Assembly (NCBI RefSeq): GCF_006345805.1
Contig: NC_042998.1
Span: 162,068,001 to 162,132,000, forward strand
Origin: Octopus sinensis
Lineage: Eukaryota
Direction of reading: 5' to 3'
DNA length: 64,000 bases
The notes beneath the pieces are model-generated. The model searched no databases. It saw nothing but the letters and a program-made list of their open reading frames with translations, and was not told the DNA's origin. Of this stretch, positions 11,285 to 23,291 are shown one piece after another. Both the position numbers and the translations under genes were made by a program. Position 1 is the stretch's first letter, and each line of letters begins with the position of its first letter.

Positions 11285-11900
11285 CAGCTGTGACTCTGTG
11301 ATAAGAAGTTTGTTTCCCTATCTCATGGTTCTCGGTTCAGTCCCATGGTGTGGTACTTTAGGCAAGTGTTTTCTACTTTAGACTTAGGCTGATTAAACTC
11401 TTGCAAGTGGATTTGGTAGGCAGAAACTGAAAGAAGGCAGCGAGCTGGCAGAAACGTTAGCACGCCGGGTGAAATGCTTAACGGTATTTCGTTCTGAGTT
11501 CAAATTCCGCCTTGGTCAACTTTGCTTTTCATCCTTTCAGGGTCGATAAATTAAGTACCAGTTACGCACTGGTGTCGATGTTATTGACTTAATCCCTTTG
11601 TCTGTCCTTGTTTGTCCCCTCTATGTTTAGCCCCTTGTGGGTAGTAAAGAAATAAGAAACTGAGAGAAGTCTGTTGTGTATATGTATATCTATGTGTGTG
11701 CCTTAATATCTTAGTTTGTGCCACACCACTGCTTGATAGCTGGTGTTGGCGTGTTTACATCCCTGCAACTTAGCAGTTCAGCAAAAATGACTGATAGAAT
11801 AAGTACCACTTAAAACAAACAGATACTGGGGTTGATTTGTGCAACAAACAATTCTTCAAAACAATGCCACAGCATGGCCACAGTCTATTGACTGTAACAA
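11285..11900 (+). mobile_element. Family A SINE with a nested young family B SINE (11436-11654)
   Basis: TSD agaaactgaaagaa (11422-11435) / agaaactgagagaa (11655-11668). The insert retains CpGs (gcacgccggg, ttccgcc, gggtcgat). Confidence 0.85.
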
Positions 11901-13528
11901 GTAAAAGCTAAAAAATGCATTTTGTGAATTCATTGGAAAGTCATAACTTTTTACCATTCTTTTTCATGACATTCGACCACACACACAATGACATGCCTTA
12001 CATAATGCTGGCATTTTGAAGACATGCATTCACAAACACAAAAAATTTACACACACACACACACATAGGTATGTATATGTGTGCATACACAAGCCAATAC
12101 ACTAACCTATAGTTGTTAATATGTAAAATATTACTAGACTGGTATAATACTTAGTAATTTTTTGGACAAAACCTGCCACCAAAGTAACAATTCAAAATGA
12201 GTTGCTGAAGAAAAGTATGTGTATGTATGTATGTATGTATTTATGTATGTATGTGTGTGTGCGTGTGCGTGCGTGTGTGTATGTGTGTGTGTGTGTGTAC
12301 GTATGTATGTATGTATGCGTGTTTAAAACTGTATCCATCTAGAAAACCAATTCATAACAAAGTAAAAAGAAAAACAAAAATAGAGAAGTAAATCTCTAAA
12401 AGAAAATCATTGTCTGTTGGTTCATCTGCAAAAATGATTTACCATAAATAATCAATGTTGGTGGTATGAAGCCACAGAAACAAATAAACACTCGGGTTGG
12501 GTGATTTTTGCTTCATCCATGCCTTAATTTCCATTAAGTGTCTTTGAGACTGCTTGGGTAAAATTCGTGCCAGATTTTTTCATCTTTCCTTTGTTTGACT
12601 TCATTTTACAGAACTAAGAAGATTGCATTTAACAAAAGAATGATTGATATCTTGTCTAGTTTGGTTTCTCTATTAGCTTAGAATTTTGATTTGGGGTTCT
12701 TACTTTCCATAGACTCGTGCAGTCATGTTTGTCATAAGTTCAATCTCAGTCAAAACATTGTCTTTTATTTTACATTCATTTTTAATAAATCACTTAATAT
12801 GTTTATATATTTTATTATTATTGTTTTTACTTATTGATTCTAGTTCACCAAATGCCAGAGCAGAAAAATTTTTAATTATGAGTTTGTGACTATTCAAACT
12901 GAATGAAGGAAATGAAATGAGACTACAGCAGTGTTACTGATGTATGACACTATTATCATGGAAACATGACATATCTGTTAAAACCTATCACACGTACAGT
13001 GTAGCCAACTGCCACTCCCAACCGAGTCTGGCTTGGTAATGTGTACTGTTCTTTCATTATTTGTTTTAGGTGCCTATTGCTGACATACATCCACCTCTTG
13101 GTTCCCTCACTCTTGATCTTGTCAATAACCTGGACATGATAGATGGAGGAAGATAGAAGGCTGCACCAGTACCTGACTGGTACTAATTTTTAGTTGAATA
13201 GGCTGGATCACTATGAAATGAAGTGACTTTCTCAAGGGTAGAAATGCACCACTGAGCTCAGGAATTGAAACCACAACCTCCCTATGATCATGAGCTGACA
13301 CTAGCCACTATCTTCATGATCGTGAATGGACTCCCACCATCATCAACCACTAGGCCGTATGCTGCCACCTTTCACATGTAACTCAGAGTTATTCAAATAT
13401 ATTATACAAGATCAAGCAAGAAAATTACAAAAAGAAGAGCTATTCCTTTCCAAACCCTGTAGATCCATATAGATCCAAATATCTATCACCATTTATCCCA
13501 TTAAGTAGATAATTAATGAATCACTTAC

Positions 13529-13551
13529 CTGGAAATTATACTGATCTGTTG
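13529..13551 (-). CDS. Candidate microexon (A)TDQYNFQ
   Basis: gcttctag|CAACAGATCAGTATAATTTCCAG|gtaagtg. Very strong donor, phase 1 to 0. An alternative acceptor 6 nt downstream keeps the frame. Confidence 0.5.
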
Positions 13552-13929
13552 CTAGAAGCTTTTTTTGTAGAAAGAATTTAACTCAGTACTGCAAACTAAG
13601 GAAACACACACCATTTTCACTGTTACTTAGTCAGCAGTGAATCATAATTTCTGCATTTCTGTTTAAATCATGATGAGTGCAAAGGTTGTGGATTTGTATG
13701 CTGCCAGAGGATCCATTGATACATTATGATATTCATGAAAGGACATATATATAAACACTGATTGACCAGTACTATGCTTTGTTGAAACTGAAACATGTTC
13801 AGAGTTGTCACTATGGATGCTAAAGTTCTTACTATTTGCTCCTGTTTTATTCTTTTATATCTTTCAGCCCAAAGGCTGTGGCTATGCTGGAACACTGCCA
13901 ATCATCCAGAGTGCTGTTCCCATCGAAGA

Positions 13930-14125
13930 CTGTTGGCAACTCACATCTATAAGATTTATGTTTCAAAGGTGTTGCTCTGTTGCAGATGCAACTCATTTTC
14001 AGCAGAATGAACTGGACCAACATGAAATGAAGTACATTGCCCAAGAACACAATGTACTGCCCAGCCCAGGGATCGAAACTACAAACTTATGATCACCAGC
14101 ACAATGGTTTAACCACTAGGTCACA
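13930..14125 (-). mobile_element. Degenerate tRNA-headed SINE of a further family (related copy about 13170-13360)
   Basis: The reverse strand reads tagtggttaaac...gtttcgatccctgggc...gtgttcttgggcaatgtacttcatttc (A/B-box-like head and central domain). Confidence 0.55.
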
Positions 14126-14142
14126 TGTTTTTACTGCATTAC

Positions 14143-14186
14143 CTAATTCTAATTTAAATCTATTGGGATTTTGGTGCATCAAATAT
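14143..14186 (-). CDS. 44-nt exon YLMHQNPNRFKLEL
   Basis: aaaatatttttttcag|ATATTTGATG...GAATTAG|gtaatg. Single open frame, phase 2 to 1. Confidence 0.6.
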
Positions 14187-15081
14187 CTGAAAAAAATATT
14201 TTAATGTTTTGTTGTATTGTTATCCTTTCTTTTGCTTTGTTAAGTTCAATATTGTTCAACAATGTTCGCCTTTCCTTGATAAGAATACAATCTTCCTTAA
14301 TTAAAACTATATTGTTCTTGTTCACCACATTGTGGTAGCACCTATTCTGCATGTTACAAATTGTATCAGTAAATGGAAGTTTATGCAACTCCTTTTACTT
14401 GTAACCATTAGAATCCCTATCTTTGAGAATCTAATGTTGTTAATAATTTCTTGTAAACTACACTGCTGTGCTGGAAGCATGGTGCAACAAAGTAACCTGT
14501 CCACTACTACAGCGAATTGAGATGAAGCTTCAAGAAGTCATTTTACACATACACACAGTTTGTAAGTGTGTATGTGTAAAATATGTTAATAGACACAGGC
14601 ATGGCTATGTAGTAAGAAGTTTGTTTCCCAACCACATGGATCTGGATTCAGTCCCACTGCATGGCACCTTGGAATATCTTTTACTATAGCCTCTAACCAA
14701 TCAAAGACTTATGAGTGGATTTGGCAGAAAGAAACTGAAAGAAGCCTGTCATATATATTTGTGTGTATGTGTGCATGCAGGAGTATCTATGTGTGTGTAT
14801 CTTTGTGTCTGTGTTTGCTCCCCCCCATCACTTGACAATCAGTGTTGTGTTTGCATCTCCATAACTTGGCAGTTCAGAAAAAAGAGACTGATAGAATAAG
14901 TACTAGGCTTAATATAAAAATAAGTACTGGAGTTGATTCACTTGACTAAAACTTGTCAAGGTGTTGCTTTTGTGTCTTCTTACATCCATTATTTTAATAA
15001 CTTAACTAGGAAAAAAGTTTCTAAAATAAGTATCATCCCAGACAGCATTTGTAAGTAAATATATTCGTGGAACCACATTAC

Positions 15082-15143
15082 CCAACACATGGTGCTTTGT
15101 AATTTGAGGCAGATTTGGATACTATATCTAGTAGGTGGAATGA
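15082..15143 (-). CDS. Candidate exon SFHLLDIVSKSASNYKAPCV(G)
   Basis: atatgtatag|TCATTC...GTGTTGG|gtaatg. Phase 0 to 2. Acceptor position uncertain. Confidence 0.45.
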
Positions 15144-16899
15144 CTATACATATTTCCACATTGGATTGAGTGTTGGTGAGCTGTTTTTAATGCTAATCAA
15201 GATATAGCTTTGACTTTACATACAGAAACATGTCCATGCAAACATGCATACAACTATGCCCAAATACATGCACATGCATGTTGTACACACACATACACAC
15301 ACTCATGCACATACTCATGCACACACACATTCACACACACATGTATACACATAGTTTTGACTGAGATTTCAAGTTTTGCATTTACAGCTTGTCTAACTCT
15401 AAGCTATTAAGTGAAAAATTTAGTTGCTTTTATCATAAATATGACTCTACATTTGGTATTGAATACTCCATCATAAATGCTTTGCTGTTACTCTTAAAAT
15501 ACTTTTAAAATAACAACTTCGAAATAAACATTATGTGTGAGTGAATGCACATGCCTACATATATTCACATAATGTTGGGTGAAGATATTGTAAATGATAG
15601 ACTTAGAATTACCATAGAGTGAGATGACAGGATGTCCACTGTAATATGTACACATATCCTATGAGTAGGATAAACAGTTGAGTAAGATGGAGCAGGGGGA
15701 GTTTTATGAAGGCTGTTTCAGTGACACCTACTTTGTAGTTCGATTTACTGTAGCAGAAGCAGAATGAACAAGACATGTAATAAAGTCGTTAGTTAACATG
15801 AAATTCATGCAGGATTGTGGTGCTGCTGGGACAAACATTATGTCAGTCTAATTAATAACGCCATTGAAAATATTCATAAAAATGAGACGGTTGATAATAA
15901 TGATGATGACAATCATCATCATCATTTAATTTCATTTTACTGTGTTTGCATGGGTCAGACTGAATTTGTTGAGGCAGATTTACTACAGCAGAATGCCTTT
16001 CCTGCCACCAACCCTCACCTACTTCCAATCACCTATGTTCAGACATGTTTTTCAGAGGAGATTTGAAATGAACAACATTGCTTGTATGATGTTGGTCATT
16101 TATAACCATCATGTGATGTATAAAATAACACTGTAACAATTTTTTTTTGTCTTTGGTCAGTAAGTGTTATTTCCTATTTACTTCCATCTAGAAATCAAAG
16201 GACATGACTACTATTCCCTTCAAACTTTGTTTTTGTGACTTGGGCATCAATGTTTTGAAACTAATCAATTTCCATTACATTTCAGACAGATTTAGTACTG
16301 AGAAGCAAAAATAGTGTTATAGCAAATATTCTGCTCAATACCACAGACGTGCTTGTCAGTTGCTCGACCTCAACCACTTGAGCATGTCCCTTAGTGGTTG
16401 GCAATATGTGCATTTCTGATCATGAGCAGGAGGAGTGAGGGAGCATCATAGCCATGTGTTGAGAAGGATTCTTTGGGGTTTGAATAAATGTAAGAAAAGT
16501 AAAGTTTGAAGGAGATATTGACCATTTTTCATATTTTGTAGGGGTAAGCAAATAAATAGGAAATAACAGTTGCTACCAAGGAGAAAAATCGTATTACAGT
16601 GTTAATAAAAGACTCCAGGAAGAAAGAGCAATCGCTAAGAGATTTAGAGAGATTCAGACTGAGACTAAACAGCTAACAGATTGTTCATTGTATGTAGGAG
16701 ACCACACCACTGCCACCACCACCTCATGTACTTCTGGAGGTTGTAGTATAATCTTGACCAAGTGTATGAGAACATTTTAATTAATTCATGTAAATATATA
16801 TGGCTGTATATATACAATTTTTCATACAAATAAGATAGTATTTTGTCAAACACAGAATTGCTGTCAGAACAGCAGAAATATCAAGTAAATTACCCTTAC

Positions 16900-16977
16900 A
16901 AAGGGGAAAAATTTGTCAACAAACTGTGTTCGAAAAAAGATCATCTTATTTGTATCATACAATACACGTTTTGATGC
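16900..16977 (-). CDS. 78-nt exon ASKRVLYDTNKMIFFRTQFVDKFFPF (84 nt with donor at 16894)
   Basis: Poly-T tract ttttttttttttttaatag|GCATCA...CCCTTT|gtaagg. Only frame 0 is open. Tandem in-frame donor 6 nt further on. Confidence 0.6.
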
Positions 16978-17733
16978 CTATTAAAAAAAAAAAAAAATGT
17001 TAGTTTGTATATATCCATATATACACAATTTTTGATACTTGAAAAAGCGAATAAAGACAGGATACAGTGTTTCATTTTTATTTCAGCTTCATTTCATTTC
17101 AGAAGTATTAAAAAAAAAAGAAAAATTGTCAAAATATTATACTATCCATGATTATAAATTCAGAAACATCATTCTAATTTTGTTCTTCAATAATTAAATA
17201 TGTATATCATTATCATCATCATCATCATTATCATCAACATTTAACATCCATTTTCCATGCTGGCCAGGGTGCATAACTTGACAGCAACTGGCAAGGCCGG
17301 AGGTAACACCAGGTTCCATAGTTTTGTTTTGGGTTGGTTTCTATGGCTGGATACCCTTCCTAACACCAACCATTTTACAGAGTGTGCTGGGTGCTTTTTA
17401 CATGACCAGCATCTCAGAACATATGAATTTAAAGATAATGCATCTGATGGGTGACAGACAGAGATTGTCTTGGAATCAAGGTTGCTTCAAATAAACTGCG
17501 TAAAATGCCAAAAAGCAAACTGAACTATGCCAAATTGGAATGAGCTGACATGGTACAATAGAACAGAAACTCTTCTAATAGCTTCTTTTGGTGACTGTTG
17601 GTATTAGCTTAGTGGGAGGAAACCAAGGTTTAACCACAAACCCCAAATAAGATTAGAGAGGGTTTTATCATAAAAGCAAACTGGTTTCCAAAACCAAAGC
17701 CCCAAATTAAAAAAATACAGAAACAACTCTTAC

Positions 17734-17808
17734 CCAGAAGGTAGGAAACCAATAGATAACTTGGCTGGTTTGATTGACACAGAAGTAGCTTACTTTAATT
17801 AGTTTAGT
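17734..17808 (-). CDS. Candidate exon TKLIKVSYFCVNQTSQVIYWFPTFW
   Basis: cattaatag|ACTAAA...TTCTGG|gtaaga. Phase 0 to 0. Internal alternative sites exist. Confidence 0.45.
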
Positions 17809-18166
17809 CTATTAATGTGGATTTTATCATGTAAAACTTTTAAGAAGGTCAATATGAAGAAAAGCATTTGCAAATTTTTTTCAAATTGATGACAATTTAC
17901 ATTTAATTAGCTGATTTATTTATCTATTTGGTAATTTATATGCTTATTTGTGTATTTACTTCTTGAGTTTTGTATAAAGATATTAAGATATTATCCAGCT
18001 CTAATTCTTTCTTATGTTAGCGCTGCTAGCATATAATCTTATTGAAACATCAATCATTTTTATGCAGTATTCACTGTAGTTAGAAGAAGAGACTTTATTT
18101 TTGTATGGGAAGGTATAAAAGTTTAGTCTGACTTACAGACAAAAGGCTAATAGACAAAAGACTTAC

Positions 18167-18194
18167 AGCGTTATATTCTACACAATGCAGGATA
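18167..18194 (-). CDS. 28-nt microexon ILHCVEYNA
   Basis: aaattcttgtttccag|TATCCTGCATTGTGTAGAATATAACGCT|gtaagt. Single open frame, phase 2 to 0. Confidence 0.6.
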
Positions 18195-19629
18195 CTGGAA
18201 ACAAGAATTTGGTCTTTGTTGGTAAAAAAAAAAATAAGAAGAATGAAAGGAAGAAAATAAAATTAGCAAAATCATTTTTTTTCTTATTTGTTTTCTTTTA
18301 AAAATTTTACCAATGTCAAGAAAGGATGTGTATCCCATAAAATTTAGTAATGTAACAAAAGAGATAATTGAACAAAACCAACTTCGTTGTTTTATTTCAT
18401 GCTTCCTTCACTCAAATATTTGAACAGATGTGATTTTTTGGAAAATAGAACTTAAATTGGTAGGTAGGTATGTGATGGGGGGAGGAAGAGGAGGAGGAGG
18501 AGCAGTAATGATTTCAGTGGCGTTGGTGCTGTTAAATAATTTTAGCCAATGGCTTAATAAACTGAATGGAAACTAAAAGGAAAACTCATTACTTATTATT
18601 ATCATCATCATCATTATTATTATTATTATGATCGTCATCATCATCATGATCCTCATTGTAGTGAATATAAAGATGAGTAGGGAAAGATAATTAGGACAGA
18701 TTTAAAAGTGATGATGATGAAAGAGATGATGAAGAGGAAGAGGTGGGAAAGGAGAAGTTTAATAAAACATCCTGTTGAAACTGAATTTAAATGATTTTAC
18801 ATCAGTTTCGGGCACCACTAGCAAAGTCAAAAGATTTGGATGAATTGGCAGAGCAGGTGTTTTAACAGTTAGGGCAATCTTCTTAATTCTGACCATTGAA
18901 CCATGAAATGAGAATAAGCATATATTTTCACCTGAAATGAATGAGGCAAAGTAAAGTAATTTACCTAGGTGCGCAATATGTTGAATATTGCAGGGTATGA
19001 ACTCATAACCTTTGATTACCATATGCTTTAATCAAAACATACAGATGCAGGCGTAGATGTGTGGTTAAAATGTTCACTATGCTAAACCATATGATTTCAG
19101 TTTCAAATCGACTGCATGTCAAGTGTCTCCTACCATAACTTTCAACATTAACCAATATTTTCTGAGATAGAAAGGCAGTGGGCTGACAGAATCATTAACA
19201 CACTGGACAAGGCATTTCATCTGTTTTTATGTTCTGAGTTCAAATTCTGCTGAGGTCAACTTTGCCTTTTTTATTTTTGAGGTTGATAAATGAGTACCAG
19301 TTGAACAATGGGATCAATGTAATCAACTTACCGATCCCTTGAAATTGCTGGCTTTGTGCCAAAATTTGAAACCAATATTTTGTGAGATAGCAATTGTGTA
19401 GAATTTTCCAGTTTCATACTGATGGTTTTATTTATACATCATATATATATATGTGTATATATATATATAGGTGTGGCTGTGTGGTAAGAAGCTTGCTTCC
19501 CAACCACATGGTTCTGGGTTCAGTCCCACTGTGTGACACCTTGAGCAAGTGTCTTCTACTAGAGCCTTAGGGCAACAAAAACCTTGGGAGTGGATTTGGT
19601 AGACAGAAACTGAAACAAGCTCGTTGTAT

Positions 19630-20312
19630 ATATATATATTAATACATATCAACACATATATATATTTTTAAAAACATATTCATAAAATATAAATATACAT
19701 AAAAATACATGTAAATAAAACCCATGTGAGATAGGTATGGAAGGAAGTGTAAGAAAAAGAGAACTGATATTTTCTTTTATATACTAAAATTAAGACCAGT
19801 TAACAGTTTCAATTAATGGATCCATTAAGGTTGGTGCGTTTTTATTTTAAATATATGAATGGTATATAAGGTATATAATACAGTTTGAAGAAGTCCACTT
19901 TCTATGGCCATTTCCAGAATTCATGTCCTGGTAGAAACATTAATAAAAGATCTTACAAACCATGCGGACAATGTCCACTACATCAGGAAAGGTATCCCTT
20001 TCTACCAGGACATGAACTCTGGAAATGATGATAGAAAGTGGACTTCCTTGAACTGTATTATATACCTTACATACCATTTATATATTTAAAAAAAAACACA
20101 TCAAACTCTATGGATCTTTTAATTGAAACTGTTACCTGCTCTAAATTTTAGTACAAAAAACAAAATTTATCAGCGCTCTGTTTCTCAAACTTCCTTCCAT
20201 ACCAATCCCACATGGGTTCTATTTACATGTATTTTTATGTAAATATATATATTTATATTTTATGAATATTTTCTTAAATATTCATGTGTCAGTATGTATT
20301 AATATATGTATA
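19630..20312. repeat. Large fold-back inverted repeat (~310-bp arms, ~60-bp spacer)
   Basis: Symmetric pairs: cataaaaatacatgtaaata / tatttacatgtatttttatg, ggtatggaaggaag / cttccttccatacc, gaagtccactttctat / atagaaagtggacttc, ttcatgtcctggtagaaa / tttctaccaggacatgaa. Confidence 0.9.
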
Positions 20313-20919
20313 AGCATTTTAAGTTGAATTTATAACTGTATGAGTATGGTAGCCTAATTCGAGTTTATATCTTAATTCTTCTATGTATATATGTATACAT
20401 ATATGTATGTATATGTATGTGTATGTGAATGTATGTATGTGTGCATATATATATGTATATGTACGTATGCATATGTATGTATATGTATGTGTGTGTGTAT
20501 GTATGTATGTATGTATGTATGTATATGTATGTGTGTGTATGTATATGCATGTACGAATATATGTATGTATATATGTATGCATTGATTTATATATATATGT
20601 ATATATATATATATATAATATATATATGTAAACACACCACCATCAGTTGTCAAGCAATGTTGGGCGGGACAAACACAGACACACAAACATACACATACAC
20701 ATACATATATATATGCATATATACGATGGGTTTCTTTCAGTTTCTGTCTACCAAATCCACTCACAAGGCTTTGGTTGGCCCGAGGCTATAGTAGAAGACA
20801 CTTGCCCAAGTGCCCCGCAGTTGGAATGAACCCAGAACCATGTGGTTGGTAAACAATCTATTTACCATACAGCCACTCCTGCATCTATCTATCTATGTAT
20901 ATATATATATATATACACA

Positions 20920-21592
20920 CAGTGTATGATGGTAAATTGTCACCACTTTATATTTTCAATTTCATGCAGGTGCATTGTCTGTTTTTGATTTTGTTGACTA
21001 CACCATATATTAGGGTCAGTTGACTGCACCATCTGTGAGAAAAACAGCACTATGATGCAATTTACTTTGCCAGAAATTTTGAAACGACATGCTGTACTGC
21101 TTGGCATTCATGCCAGAAGCTCCAATACGAACAGATTGTGAACATAGAGAACAACTGTTGGCTTGCCATATCCCCAAAACATGTACTGAAAGTGATAAAA
21201 ATCAAACATCTAGTCAACATCATAGCGTTTGGAGTGATCACTAGTGATAGCAACGTTATGTCTCCATTCATCTTCCCACATGACCTCACATTCAAAACAG
21301 AGGCCTACATCAAGTGTATGGATAAGGTAGTGTTGCCCTAGGTCAAAAGGGTGGCTGCAGAAAGACCTTATGTCTGGCAACAGGATTCTTCACCATGCCA
21401 CACAATCAGGAGGACCCAGTCGTGGTTGTCAGACAATTTCTGTGACCACATCACCCTTAACATCTGGCCACCTAATTCTGCAGACTGCTACCCCCTTGAT
21501 TATTATGAGTGGAGTGCAGTTGAACAAGAGACCAACAAAACTTTTTGTAACACTAAGATGCACTGAAGGCAAGGATAATGGTAGCATTTACC
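20920..21592 (+). mobile_element. Internally deleted, 3'-truncated DD37D (maT-type Tc1/mariner) transposon
   Basis: Left TIR-like cagtgtatgatggtaaattgtcacc. N-terminus MMQFTLPEILKRHAVLLG. Catalytic segment QQDSSPCHT...WPPNSADCYPLD has 37 residues between the 2nd and 3rd D. In-frame stops. Ends in a SINE tail. Confidence 0.9.
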
Positions 21593-21864
21593 AAGAGTTT
21601 GGCAACAAGAGACCAACAGAATAAATAACAGGCTTGAAAAAATAAGTACTGGCATTTTTTCGATCTACTAAAATTCTTTGAATTGGTGCTCCAGCATGGC
21701 AGGTGTCTAATAATTGAGACAAGTAAAAGATAAAAAACTTTTCCATTCTTCCCAAGCATCAAACTAATACACCTGCTTGTTATTCCCTCACTTGCCTTCA
21801 TCTTTGTCTTCTGTAAATTTGAACTATATATATATATACATATATATATATATCATTCGAGCAA

Positions 21865-22150
21865 GGTCATTGTCAGTGCCACTGGACTGGCTCCTGTGCA
21901 GGTGGCACATAAAAACACCATTTGAGCGTGGCCATTGCCAGTACCGCCTGACTGGCCCTCATACCAGTGGCACGTAAAAGCACCCATTACAGTCTCGGAG
22001 TGGTTGGCGTTAGGAAGGGAATCCAGGTGTAGAAACAGATTGGAGCCTGGTGCAGCCATCTGGCTTACCAGTCCTTAGTTTAACCGGCCAACCCATGCCA
22101 GCATGGAAAGCGGACGTTAAACGGTGATGATGATGATGATGATGATGATA
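21865..22150 (+). mobile_element. RTE 3'UTR-derived element with (GAT)n tail
   Basis: cggagtggttggcgttaggaaggg...gcatggaaagcggacgttaaacggtgatgatgatgatgat. Confidence 0.8.
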
Positions 22151-23269
22151 TATAAAGCCATCAGTGAGAAATTGAAAAATTAAAGATGTTTGCCATTAAA
22201 ATTGTAGAGAACCAGTTACTGGTCTGTTTGAAAATTAGTCAATGATGTTATTGCTCAATTATACCAAAGTAAGATAGAGTAAATAAATGTGTCTTAGGTA
22301 ATCAAAACAATGCTGATAGTTCCACTTGAACCAAGGTTGAAAATTGGAAGAATTGTTAGTGTGTTGAAGAAAATACTTTTGTTGTATGTTTTGAGTTCAA
22401 ATCCCACCAAGGACAATTACACTTTTCATTCTTTAGAGTTGCATAGAATAAAGTACTAGATATGTACTGAAGTTGATGGCATTGCCTAACAGTATAGTGA
22501 ATGAACTGACAGCAGTACTTATTTTTTAATGCCTGATATTTGTTCTAGCAGTTTCTATTGCCAACCCCAGTTGTCAAGCAGGGAGACATACACAAACACC
22601 TACATAGATACACATAAACAAATATGATGGGTTTCTTTCAGATTCTATCTACCACACACAAGACTTTGACTGGCCTAGGTCTCAAGTGGAAGACAATTAC
22701 CCAAAGTACCACACAGTGGGACTGAACATGGAACCATATGGTTGAGAAGCAAACTTCTTACCTCACAGCCATGCACTATGTCAATAAAATCTTAATTGTT
22801 TCTATTTAATAATTATATTTTACCTATTTAATCACATGTTATATTAGATTTTATTTTTAAGTATTTTGCATATCATAACAAAAAAGATAGTACATTGTAA
22901 CTACCCTGACACATAGATACCATTTCCTCTATATTTTAATTACATCAAATACATTTACTGGTGTAAAACACATGTTTCAAAGCTTAGGAAAGGTAAACAA
23001 ATTAAACTGCAACAATGTACACATACTAGCATAATACACTGTGGTGGTCTGCTTTATTTCCATATGGTGCAATAACAATGTAATAATAATACTATTTAAT
23101 TGGTTTACCATCTTGTCAATAAAGAATTCAGAAATTGTGTACTTGTAACAAATTATGAGATTCAGAAATTATCATTTTATTTTGATTATTGATATGTAAA
23201 GGAATGATTGAAGTAGGCTACTATAATATGAAGTTAAACAACAAAAACACTGTCTTATGGATGACTTAC

Positions 23270-23291
23270 AATTTAAGATATATATTTTGCA
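23270..23291 (-). CDS. Tentative microexon (V)QNIYLK(F)
   Basis: aaaacttcag|TGCAAAATATATATCTTAAATT|gtaagt. Phase 1 to 2 fits the chain, but it was selected by eye. Confidence 0.3.

Noticed and set aside
12151-12204. Minus-strand QLILNCYFGGRFCPKNY after a good acceptor, reminiscent of DEG/ENaC ectodomain motifs
   Set aside because: A stop follows immediately, there is no good in-phase donor, and no other ENaC-like segments were found.
16900-17764. Joined peptide IYWFPTFWASKRVLYDTNKM resembling beta-mannosidase YW...PSWAS...KM
   Set aside because: The resemblance spans a predicted junction, spacing differs, and the flanking exons do not continue the similarity, so no name was assigned.
18759-19022. 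87-aa minus ORF and a possible 33-nt intron
   Set aside because: The N-terminal part overlaps a decayed SINE head, the intron is implausibly short, and exon phase options do not clearly improve the chain.
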